Source: Candidatus Saccharimonadota bacterium (lineage in GTDB: Bacteria; Patescibacteriota; Saccharimonadia; Saccharimonadales; UBA4665). From it: a DNA stretch of 32,000 nt. Location of the stretch: positions 750,001 through 782,000 of the forward strand of contig CP064993.1 of the NCBI GenBank assembly GCA_016699955.1, read 5' to 3'. The notes beneath the pieces are model-generated. The model saw only the letters and a program-made list of their open reading frames with translations. It did not search any database and had not been told where the DNA came from. Shown one piece after another: positions 17,227-24,955 of this stretch; the first letter of the stretch is position 1; every line of letters begins with the position of its first letter. Made by a program: the position numbers and the translations under genes.

Positions 17227-18021
17227 CTAAATTTCAATGGATATTGGGCAGTGATCGCTCCCCATTACATCGGGGTGAATCTGCGAGTTTTTAACCTGGT
17301 TTGCAATATCGGCTGAGGCAAGCCAGTAATCTATGCGCCAGCCTACGTTGCGGGTGCGGGCATCGGCCCAGTGCGTCCACCAAGTGTAGGCGTCAGTTTT
17401 ATCTGGGTTAGCGCTGCGGAAGGTATCGATAAACCCGGCGTCTAGAAATGCTTGGAAACCGGCACGTTCTTCATCTGTAAACCCGTGTTTACCAACATTC
17501 GGCTTAGGGTTTGCAAGGTCAATTTCCTGGTGTGCCACATTCATGTCCCCGCAGTACAAAACCGGCTTTGTTTGTTTCAGCTGCTGTAGATATGCAAGAC
17601 AGGCCTTGTCCCAGTGTTCGTAGCGGAGGCTGAGCCGGCTAAGGTCGCCTTTGCTGTTTGGCGTGTAGCACGTCACAACCCAGAAATTTGGGTATTCGGC
17701 GGCAATAATTCTACCTTCTGCGTTCGAGTCACCGTAGCTATCGCCCGTAACGTTGTATTGTTTGATGATTTCACCCGGGAAGCCATCTACACATCTGATA
17801 GGTTTCACTTTGGATAGTACCGCCGTGCCACTGTAGCCTTTCTTTACCGCGCTAAAAAAGTGTTCTTCATACTGCGGAAAATCGAACACAAATTGTCCTC
17901 GCTCGGCTTTGGTCTCCTGTAAACACAAGACGTCAGGATCGTGCTCTTGCACGAACTTCTGCAAAAGGCCTTTTGAGAGCACCGCCCGTATACCGTTAAC
18001 ATTCCAGCTATAGAGTTTCAT
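17227..18021 (-). CDS. xth: exodeoxyribonuclease III
   Basis: MKLYSWNVNGIRA..., CLQETK, and C-terminal GSDHCPISIEI. Full-length ExoIII/APE family similarity. Confidence 0.95.
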   Translation of the reverse strand: MKLYSWNVNGIRAVLSKGLLQKFVQEHDPDVLCLQETKAERGQFVFDFPQYEEHFFSAVKKGYSGTAVLSKVKPIRCVDGFPGEIIKQYNVTGDSYGDSNAEGRIIAAEYPNFWVVTCYTPNSKGDLSRLSLRYEHWDKACLAYLQQLKQTKPVLYCGDMNVAHQEIDLANPKPNVGKHGFTDEERAGFQAFLDAGFIDTFRSANPDKTDAYTWWTHWADARTRNVGWRIDYWLASADIANQVKNSQIHPDVMGSDHCPISIEI

Positions 18022-18028
18022 GCGGATT

Positions 18029-18034
18029 AGTATA
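18029..18034 (-). promoter_or_regulatory. candidate -10 box TATACT, 7 nt upstream of the xth ATG (leaderless architecture)
   Basis: Plus-strand agtata at 18029-18034. The ATG is at 18019-18021. Confidence 0.45.
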
Positions 18035-18124
18035 ACGCATTGCTACTTAAAGGACTGCAACGCGGCTGATGAGTGAGTCTGGTGGGGTGGGATTATGCGG
18101 TTTATGTATTGGGTGCGTCGGGCA

Positions 18125-18133
18125 TGCTATACT
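18125..18133 (+). promoter_or_regulatory. candidate extended -10 TGCTATACT, 7 nt upstream of the pyrH ATG (leaderless architecture)
   Basis: tgctatact at 18125-18133; ATG at 18141; no SD between them. Confidence 0.5.
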
Positions 18134-18140
18134 CGACCTT

Positions 18141-18845
18141 ATGTATAAACGAATTTTACTTAAACTTTCTGGGGAACAATTACAAGGCGATAAAGACGGC
18201 GGTTTTGACGCTGAGCGGGCAAAGTGGATTGCCGGACAGATAAAACCAGTCATAGAAGCGGGTACGCAGGTGGCGATAATAGTTGGCGGTGGCAATTACG
18301 CACGCGGCGCACAGCTTATGGGCAATGGTATCGTTGATGTGACCGCGCACAATGTCGGCATGCTTGCAACCGTAATAAATGCAGTAACACTGGCTGACGT
18401 CTTTAACGCTGACGGTCTAGAAACTCGGGCGCTGAGCAACATTGAAATCAATCAAATTGTTGATAGTTATACTTTCCGCCGTGCGGTAACCCATCTTGAA
18501 AAAAATAGGGTTGTTATAATTGGAGGCGGTACGGGTCGTCCTTTTGTTACCACTGACACGGCGGCTGTAAATCTTGCATTGGAATTGAAGTGCGATGCAA
18601 TTGTTAAAACAACAAAAGTCGACGGCGTGTACAACAAAGACCCAATGAAATTCCCTGACGCAGTAAAGTACGACCATATCAGCTATGACGAAGCGTTAGC
18701 CAACGGCGATATCCAGGTTATGGACAAGGCAGCATTGGGAATGGCACTTGAAGATAAAAAGACACTCATCATCTGTGACTTACTCACAGAAGGCAATATT
18801 GCCCGCGCCGCTGCCGGCGAATCGGTCGGAACCATCATTCGCTAA
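18141..18845 (+). CDS. pyrH: UMP kinase
   Basis: RILLKLSGE ... VAIIVGGGNYARG and full-length UMP kinase similarity. Start set at ATG 18141. The track start 18069 adds a non-homologous Cys/Gly-rich extension. Confidence 0.93.
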   Translation: MYKRILLKLSGEQLQGDKDGGFDAERAKWIAGQIKPVIEAGTQVAIIVGGGNYARGAQLMGNGIVDVTAHNVGMLATVINAVTLADVFNADGLETRALSNIEINQIVDSYTFRRAVTHLEKNRVVIIGGGTGRPFVTTDTAAVNLALELKCDAIVKTTKVDGVYNKDPMKFPDAVKYDHISYDEALANGDIQVMDKAALGMALEDKKTLIICDLLTEGNIARAAAGESVGTIIR

Positions 18846-18846
18846 A

Positions 18847-19086
18847 ATGGATATACTTCTTGAAAAGCTCAATCAGCCTGACTTACGCGAGGTAGGTCAG
18901 CGGCCGTCAAAGCTACAGACCGCTATGGTCATGGGAGCACTTATAACTGGCTTGGTGTTCGCTGGCAACTGGGCATTTCCCCTGGCGGCTGATATGTTTG
19001 CCTCGAGTCGTAAGCTAGTAGTTGAGTTGCAGCAACCGGATAAGCCCATGTATTTCCCTACGTCTAGTAGTGCTCAATCCTCATAA
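18847..19086 (+). CDS. small membrane protein (79 aa), hypothetical
   Basis: ATG lies 1 nt after the pyrH stop. One hydrophobic segment (AMVMGALITGLVFAGNWAF). No family recognised. Confidence 0.5.
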   Translation: MDILLEKLNQPDLREVGQRPSKLQTAMVMGALITGLVFAGNWAFPLAADMFASSRKLVVELQQPDKPMYFPTSSSAQSS

Positions 19087-19165
19087 TGTAAGTCTGGAGC
19101 GTTCACGGATCTGATTACATGACCATAAACGGTTTACGTTATTTTGCCGGTAGGTTTATTGTGTC

Positions 19166-19255
19166 TGGCGGAGGGAGAGGGATTCGAACCCTCGATGCAG
19201 TTGCCCGCAAACCGCCTTTCCAAGGCGGCGCCATAGACCACTAGGCGACCCCTCC
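19166..19255 (-). tRNA. tRNA-Ser (anticodon GGA), class II with long variable arm, encoded CCA
   Basis: Minus-strand acceptor GGAGGGG / TCCCTCC; anticodon stem-loop CCGCC-TTGGAAA-GGCGG; T arm GAGGG-TTCGAAT-CCCTC; G discriminator followed by CCA. TATACT box (19267-19272) 11 nt upstream. Confidence 0.92.
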
Positions 19256-19324
19256 GTAATGTTAGCAGTATAGCGAAAATGGGGTGAAGAAAACAGAGCG
19301 TTTTAAGAAGAACAACGTTAAGTG

Positions 19325-19362
19325 CTCGATTTAGATTGTCCGGCCGGACAATCTAAATCGAG
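19325..19362. repeat. 38-bp perfect palindrome containing the same 28-bp core as 14765-14792 (copy 2 of 2)
   Basis: ctcgatttagattgtccgg/ccggacaatctaaatcgag, read directly. Core at 19331-19358. Confidence 0.95.
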
Positions 19363-19499
19363 ATTAAACATTGAGCTTGATTCGTGAGCAGCTGCGTCAG
19401 AAGTCGCTCCGTGGAAGTGGTGTTGCGAAAAATACGTTGGAAAATGAAGTTTATGTAGTTGCGCCTCTGTTGCAAAGGGCGGTACACTAAGAAGCATAA

Positions 19500-20384
19500 A
19501 TGTCTCTTATAGAACTTAAAGACGTTAGCAAGCTGTATGGCTTTGGCGACGCTACAAGTGTGGCGCTCGACGAGGTCAGTTTGACTATCGAAAAAGGCGA
19601 ATGTGTAGCTGTTATGGGTCCTAGCGGCAGCGGTAAGAGCACACTTATGAACATGATTGGACTGCTTGATCATCCGACCCACGGCGACTACTTTTTTTCT
19701 GGTAAGCGTGTCAGCCGGCTTTCGACAAATCGGCGAGCACGAATTCGCCGTGACAAGATTGGATTTATTTTTCAGTCGTTTAACCTGCTAGGGCGATTAA
19801 CCGCCCTCGAAAATGTTGCACTTCCCTTGCTTTACCGTGGTCTCAGTACATCAAAGCGTAACCATGCTGCCCGCTCATTACTTGAACGTGTTGGCTTAAA
19901 TGACCGCTGCTACTACTACCCGAGGCAATTGTCTGGTGGCCAAACACAGTGTGTTGCAATAGCGAGGGCGTTAGTAAACCAACCAGAAATCATTATTGCA
20001 GATGAACCGACGGGTAACCTTGATTCTGAAAGCTCTCGTCTTGTGATGGAACTTTTGGGTGAAATTCACAAATCGGGTAACACTATTATTTTTGTGACGC
20101 ATAACCCTGAGCTCACCCGTTACGCAACTCGGGTTGTGTACATGCAGGACGGGCTTATTAAACACGATGAGCAAACAAAACTTGGCGAAGTAGGCCGCTA
20201 CGTGGCACAGTTTATGTACAAAGTGCCAGTTGCAAGCGAAGAAGATGATTTGGCGGGAGTGTCGGTGCTTATGAAAATACGCCCTGGAGAAACTGGGTCA
20301 GATAAAAAAACCAAAAAATTGCCACAGAAGCGGGCTTCTAAGCGACGCAGTAAACGTGAGACGAAACAAAAGGCATCGACATGA
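19500..20384 (+). CDS. ABC transporter ATP-binding protein (MacB/LolD-type) with Lys/Arg-rich C-terminal tail
   Basis: Walker A GPSGSGKST, signature LSGGQTQ, Walker B IIIADEPT. About 70-aa basic tail. ATGA overlap with the permease gene. Confidence 0.93.
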   Translation: MSLIELKDVSKLYGFGDATSVALDEVSLTIEKGECVAVMGPSGSGKSTLMNMIGLLDHPTHGDYFFSGKRVSRLSTNRRARIRRDKIGFIFQSFNLLGRLTALENVALPLLYRGLSTSKRNHAARSLLERVGLNDRCYYYPRQLSGGQTQCVAIARALVNQPEIIIADEPTGNLDSESSRLVMELLGEIHKSGNTIIFVTHNPELTRYATRVVYMQDGLIKHDEQTKLGEVGRYVAQFMYKVPVASEEDDLAGVSVLMKIRPGETGSDKKTKKLPQKRASKRRSKRETKQKAST

Positions 20385-21586
20385 CCAGTATACGTAAAGG
20401 TTACCTTGGTCTTGCGCTTCAAAGTCTGCGGGCTTCTCGTATGAGAAGTTTCATGACCATGCTCGGAATAGTTATTGGAGTTATGTCGGTGATAGTGATT
20501 GTCGGGGTTGGAGAAGGAGTGAAAGATCAGATTGCCGATCAGTCGGCACGTTATGGCAAAGATGTTCTCATCGTTCGGCCAGACACAGGAAGCGGTCTCG
20601 GCGGAAGCTTCACTGGCGTGGCAACTAGTTTGCTCGAACCCGCCGACGCAGAAACACTTCGGCGTTCTCCGAGCGTACAGCAAGTCGTTCCACTCAGTAC
20701 ACTCAGGGGGGCAATAAAAGCAGATAAAAGCGTACAGAGTCCGCTAGTCATTGCAACGAGCCCTGAATTGGCTAGCTTAGTGCATCAAAAAATGGAGTTC
20801 GGTGGCTTCTTTACAGCAAGTGATGGAGAACGGGTAGCGGTGCTTGGGAAAACGGTGGCGGCACAGCTTTTTGCAGATGTCGCACCGCTTGGGCAGCAAC
20901 TCACCTTTCGCGGCCAACAGTTTACCGTAGCCGGTGTGTTTAGTTCGTTTACGGCAGCGCCATTTTCGCTTGAAGCAAACTACAACGAAGCAGTCTTTAT
21001 CCCTTATGCGGCAGCCCAATCTTTATTGGGGTCTCCGCCCCGCATGAATCAGCTTTTTGTCCAAGCAAAACCGGGCGTTTCTACGCAGGTTTTAGCCACG
21101 GAGTTACAGAAAACAATATCCGATTCTCATGGCGGCACTGATGATGTTGCGGTACTCTCGCCTGGCTCAAAAAGAGGTGGTGTTGAGCCCACGTTGCAAC
21201 TCTTGACGCTCATGACTGTTTGTATGGCCATAGTCGCCCTCGTCGTAGGTGGAGCTGGCATTATGAATATGATGCTAGTAAGCGTCACCGAGCGTATCCA
21301 CGAAATTGGGCTCAGGAAAGCAATTGGCGCAACAAACAAACAAATTCTCAGGCAATTTATGACTGAAGCTTTCGCGCTCTGTATAGTCGGCGCGGTGGTT
21401 GGAGTTGTTGCTTCGTTGGCGGCCATTGGGCTGCTGCGTATGTATACAAGTCTTTCTCCGGCGATAGTATGGCCCGTTGTGGTGGCTGCGCCGCTCATAG
21501 CGCTCGCCACAGGTGTACTTTTTGGAGCCATCCCTGCTATCAAGGCTGCCCGAATGGACCCCATCGAAGCCCTTCGCCACGAATAA
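20381..21586 (+). CDS. ABC transporter permease (MacB-like periplasmic domain plus FtsX domain)
   Basis: N-terminal TM, a large extracytoplasmic domain, then a C-terminal 3-TM FtsX-like region (ERIHEIGLRKAIGAT...). Confidence 0.9.
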   Translation: MTSIRKGYLGLALQSLRASRMRSFMTMLGIVIGVMSVIVIVGVGEGVKDQIADQSARYGKDVLIVRPDTGSGLGGSFTGVATSLLEPADAETLRRSPSVQQVVPLSTLRGAIKADKSVQSPLVIATSPELASLVHQKMEFGGFFTASDGERVAVLGKTVAAQLFADVAPLGQQLTFRGQQFTVAGVFSSFTAAPFSLEANYNEAVFIPYAAAQSLLGSPPRMNQLFVQAKPGVSTQVLATELQKTISDSHGGTDDVAVLSPGSKRGGVEPTLQLLTLMTVCMAIVALVVGGAGIMNMMLVSVTERIHEIGLRKAIGATNKQILRQFMTEAFALCIVGAVVGVVASLAAIGLLRMYTSLSPAIVWPVVVAAPLIALATGVLFGAIPAIKAARMDPIEALRHE

Positions 21587-21619
21587 ATAAAACACAAATA
21601 CGGTTTTCTCGGCTACAGC

Positions 21620-22336
21620 CTAATATTGTTCTTGTGGGTAAAAACTGGTGTTGTCCTTGAAACTACTCTGACCATTTTCGACGATGTTGAGCATATCGAC
21701 ACACGATTTGAATTTCTTCTTTTGCTCAGCATACTTACTTGCCGTCATCCACTCTGCGTTTGCGAGTGGCCAGTTTTGTGTTTCCTTACCCTCAGAATCA
21801 GCTTTGAATATCACGAACAATTTGTCTTCCAGAAGCTCATCAGTATTTTCCTCATAGTCACGCTGCCGGTAAAATCCTATGAATTGTACAGGCACATCCA
21901 GCCCTGTCTGCTCCTTCAAGCCGTGCCGTGCCGCATCTTCAAATGTCTCGCCCCACCTCACCGGCTGGCCGATAACACCCCAGTACCAATAAAATGGCTG
22001 CCGAAGGCGCTGATGAAACAGATATTCAGTTTGGCCTGTGTTGGCATTAGCTCTGGATAGTATAGTTGCGGTGGTTAGTTTCGGCTGTCGAATCGGTGCC
22101 CGTTCCGCGTAGTCAAACCGATTGGCTAGCTCTTTTCCCTCAGGCGTTAGCTCGTACAAGCCTTCTTCGTTCTTGGCAACCAAATCTAGCTTCACAAGCT
22201 TGCGCAGATGAAACTTAAAGTCATCGCTCGTCAGTCCCGTTACCGCCATCATGTCCGAAAAACGTCGTGATGGGTGTAGCGCCATTTCTCGCAATACTTT
22301 CACTTGTAATCTGTGCAGCTCTAGCATGGCCTGCAT
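21620..22336 (-). CDS. winged-helix (N-terminal) plus Nudix-fold (C-terminal) protein; putative ligand-sensing transcription regulator
   Basis: N-terminal wHTH-like segment (LQVKVLREMALHPSRRFSDMMAVTGLTSDDFKFHLRKLVKLDLV). Nudix box GQPVRWGETFEDAARHGLKEQTGL, in which RE-x2-EE is replaced by RH-x2-EQ. GAGGT SD 8 nt upstream. Confidence 0.8.
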   Translation of the reverse strand: MQAMLELHRLQVKVLREMALHPSRRFSDMMAVTGLTSDDFKFHLRKLVKLDLVAKNEEGLYELTPEGKELANRFDYAERAPIRQPKLTTATILSRANANTGQTEYLFHQRLRQPFYWYWGVIGQPVRWGETFEDAARHGLKEQTGLDVPVQFIGFYRQRDYEENTDELLEDKLFVIFKADSEGKETQNWPLANAEWMTASKYAEQKKKFKSCVDMLNIVENGQSSFKDNTSFYPQEQY

Positions 22337-22362
22337 TATATGGTACCTCGGTCATTTACGCG

Positions 22363-22390
22363 AATTTAGGGTATTATATTACCCTAAATT
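22363..22390. promoter_or_regulatory. 11-6-11 perfect inverted repeat AATTTAGGGTA-ttatat-TACCCTAAATT; candidate operator
   Basis: Read directly. The spacer region carries TATAAT (22373-22378) on the minus strand for the regulator gene. The right arm sits at the -35 position of the divergent HD gene promoter. Confidence 0.6.
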
Positions 22391-22404
22391 TCAGTGTCTT
22401 GTGA

Positions 22405-22413
22405 TGGTATAAT
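22405..22413 (+). promoter_or_regulatory. extended -10 TGGTATAAT, 7 nt upstream of ATG 22421 (leaderless architecture)
   Basis: tggtataat at 22405-22413; ATG at 22421; no SD between them. Confidence 0.55.
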
Positions 22414-22420
22414 CGTCGCA

Positions 22421-23332
22421 ATGAACCCTGTTTATGTAGCAAGAAGAGTGTATCGGGAATTCGCTGCGACCGGATTCGGTGACATGCTTAAAGATACGCC
22501 TCGGTACCATCGTTTTATTCCTGATGGGTTTTCTACGGAACAATGGGAGCGGCTAATCGGTCCAGATGGAAACAACCTTCATCATATGCGTCAATCAATA
22601 GCCGTTGCTGCTTGGTTCGTTGATACTGAGAATAATATTAAACCCGGCACTTTCTCCTATAAGGAAGCACAGGAGCTAACGGTAACGGCAGCCATGCACG
22701 ACCAGGGCGAAGCAGTCGTCGGAGATATCGAGTATGGTAGAAAGTCACGGAATCAGCGGGAGAAAGAGGCGCGTACACTAGTAGAATACGAGGCGTCCTT
22801 TGTGCCTAAACTAGGGGGCATGATCCTGACAGTTTATAGAAGGGGTCAAGATATTGCATTTGGTGATAAAATGCAGAAAATGCCTGGTGCCTTTAAGACA
22901 GTTGAGCTGATGGGCTTCATGAACAATACTCTCTCATCTCTGCAGCAGATTAGACGACTGGAGCATGCAGCGCTTGGGGATAGGTATATGACCCTCCTTG
23001 GGATCGATTCGGATGAGGACCGTGAGGCAGCCATCGTTGCACTTAAGAGGTTGACTACCGAAGTGTTAGGTAGTGGTGTTGTCGGTGATCTTATCGAATG
23101 CGGTAAGCGCTTTCCGAGCGCTCAGAATTACCTACAACTACATGCTTCTCAGATAAGCAAGGGTATGGAGGGTGTGTTAGAGGAAACGTTCGGATGGTAT
23201 GATAAAGAAGACCCAGGTGCAACATCCGGCGAGAGACGGCGTCGGCTAGAGAAGTTTCACCAACAGAAAAACTTATGGAGAGTTTGGATAGCTGACCACT
23301 CGTCAGCAGAAGTACCGTTCATTGCCCGATAA
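22421..23332 (+). CDS. HD-domain phosphohydrolase (YfbR-like motif arrangement), about 300 aa
   Basis: LHHMRQS ... AAMHDQGEAVVGDIE gives the H...HD...E...GD pattern. Start set at ATG 22421. The track's GTG 22394 lies upstream of the -10 box. Confidence 0.8.
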   Translation: MNPVYVARRVYREFAATGFGDMLKDTPRYHRFIPDGFSTEQWERLIGPDGNNLHHMRQSIAVAAWFVDTENNIKPGTFSYKEAQELTVTAAMHDQGEAVVGDIEYGRKSRNQREKEARTLVEYEASFVPKLGGMILTVYRRGQDIAFGDKMQKMPGAFKTVELMGFMNNTLSSLQQIRRLEHAALGDRYMTLLGIDSDEDREAAIVALKRLTTEVLGSGVVGDLIECGKRFPSAQNYLQLHASQISKGMEGVLEETFGWYDKEDPGATSGERRRRLEKFHQQKNLWRVWIADHSSAEVPFIAR

Positions 23333-23371
23333 ATTTTAATAATTAACCTTTGCTTGGGGTAAGTACCGAGG

Positions 23372-23512
23372 TCTAAAGGCGCTGACTCGCTCGCCTCGCT
23401 TTAAATAACCTAAAGTCAATCCAGTTGTTTAAAGCTCCCCATCGTGAAGGATTTGCTCCCTCTCGCTAACGCCTGAGGAAGCTATCAGCGGTATTTACAC
23501 TGAGCTGGTTTT
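23372..23512 (+). repeat. intergenic repeat family, copy C (long form with nested hairpin 23398-23435)
   Basis: ctaaaggcgctgactcgctcgcc (23373-23395), the hairpin module gctttaaataacc...ccagttgtttaaagc, then ...cgctaac...cagcggta and ttacactgagctgg (23495-23508). Ends 1-2 nt from the NRAMP stop codon. Confidence 0.7.
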
Positions 23513-23513
23513 T

Positions 23514-24905
23514 TTAGAACATTGACCACAGGGCGGCGAGGCCGGCGACGGCCATGAGCGTTGTTGTCACCCAGCCGATGATGGTGGTGCTGCGGCGGTT
23601 TACCCAGTGACCCATGATGCTTTTATTGCCCGCAATTCTTACGATAAAAAACAGTACAAATGGAGCGACAATGCCATTGGCGGCAGCCGAGTAAATGAGT
23701 GCTTTAATGGGGTCAAGCCCAACAAAGTTTAAGCCCAGGCCGACAAGCATGGAAATAATAATAACTCCGTAAAAAGCATGGGCTTGCTTAAGCGGGCTAT
23801 GCAGACCACCCTTCCACTTTAGGCTTTCTGAAACCGCATAACTAGAGGAACCGGCCAGTACGGGTATGGCAAGCATACCGGTACCAACAATACCTAGGGC
23901 GAACAAATAGTAGGTTGCTTCACCGGCAAATGGCCGAAGCGCCTCCGCCGCCTGAGAGGCACTCGTGATGTTTGTGATGCCGTGTGGAAAAAGTACCCAG
24001 CCACAGACAGCGATTATAAAAAACATGACGAGATTGCTTAAGAACATACCGCTCCAAACGTCTACACGCATTTTGCGAATTTGTTCGGGCGCGGTCGCAC
24101 TGCGTCGTTCGCGCAGGGTTGTTTTACCCTCCAGAATTTCTTCTTCGACTTCCTGCGAGGTCTGCCAAAAGAACAAGTATGGGGAAATGGTGGTACCGAG
24201 TATGGCACAAATGAGGAGAAGACTGTCTCTGTTAATTGTGAGGTCTGGGACGAAAGTATGCTGTAGAGCTTCTGTCCAGTCAATCCTCGCCAAAATAGCC
24301 GAGACGATGTAGCTAAGCAGAACGAGGGCTAGCCATTTTAGGTATTTTGCGTACTTTGCGTAGGGCATGAGAACTTGCAAAAGCAAACTAAAAACCGCAA
24401 AACCAACAACGAGCCAGCTAAAAGACAGGCCAGGTCTCAAAAGCTGTACGGCCTTTGCCATAGCTCCAAGGTCTGCGCCAATGTTAAAAGCATTGGCCGC
24501 AAAAAGCAGAAGCGTCACAAACCGCAGCATACGACGTGAAAAGTGTACACGAATGTTTCCCGCGAGACCTCTGCCCGTCACCATGCCAATTCGGGCACAC
24601 ATTTCCTGTACTACGCTCATGAGCGGGAATGTCCACAAGCTCAGCCACAAAAACCCAAAGCCGTGTTGAGCGCCGGCTTGGCTGTAAGTAGCGATACCCG
24701 AAGGGTCGTCGTCACTTGCTCCTGTTGTCAGCCCGGGCCCTAGTGCATGCCAGTAGTCACGTGCCCTTTTTACGCCTCGATTGTTTGGAACGGCTTGGAC
24801 GGCTCTGTTGCCTGCTTCCAGCGTTTTTTCAAGCATGACCGCAGGAACTTCCACGCTTTTCTCGAGGAACTTGTCAGAATCGAATCGTTTGGGTATGTTT
24901 GGCAT
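23514..24905 (-). CDS. NRAMP (SLC11) family transporter, non-canonical metal-site motifs
   Basis: Full-length, roughly 11-TM NRAMP-like sequence. TM1 region reads DDDPSGIATYSQAG rather than DPGN. TM6 region reads GTTISPYLFFW rather than MPH. Confidence 0.85.
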   Translation of the reverse strand: MPNIPKRFDSDKFLEKSVEVPAVMLEKTLEAGNRAVQAVPNNRGVKRARDYWHALGPGLTTGASDDDPSGIATYSQAGAQHGFGFLWLSLWTFPLMSVVQEMCARIGMVTGRGLAGNIRVHFSRRMLRFVTLLLFAANAFNIGADLGAMAKAVQLLRPGLSFSWLVVGFAVFSLLLQVLMPYAKYAKYLKWLALVLLSYIVSAILARIDWTEALQHTFVPDLTINRDSLLLICAILGTTISPYLFFWQTSQEVEEEILEGKTTLRERRSATAPEQIRKMRVDVWSGMFLSNLVMFFIIAVCGWVLFPHGITNITSASQAAEALRPFAGEATYYLFALGIVGTGMLAIPVLAGSSSYAVSESLKWKGGLHSPLKQAHAFYGVIIISMLVGLGLNFVGLDPIKALIYSAAANGIVAPFVLFFIVRIAGNKSIMGHWVNRRSTTIIGWVTTTLMAVAGLAALWSMF

Positions 24906-24955
24906 GGCAAAAAGCGTAAGCTATTTGCCAGTATTGTAACAGATTCATCCGGCTA

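Noticed and set aside
16978-17316. ORFs 16978-17316 and 16997-17185 (+) encoding proline-rich peptides
   Set aside because: They are a by-product of the C-rich low-complexity tract and also run antisense into the xth 3' end.
18047-18295. ORF 18047-18295 (-) and the pyrH extension from 18069
   Set aside because: The minus ORF is antisense to conserved pyrH sequence. The extension lies upstream of the TGCTATACT box and is Cys/Gly-rich and non-homologous.
19353-19682. ORF 19353-19682 (-), overlapping the palindrome and the ABC ATPase start
   Set aside because: It is antisense to the Walker A region of a clearly homologous ABC ATPase.
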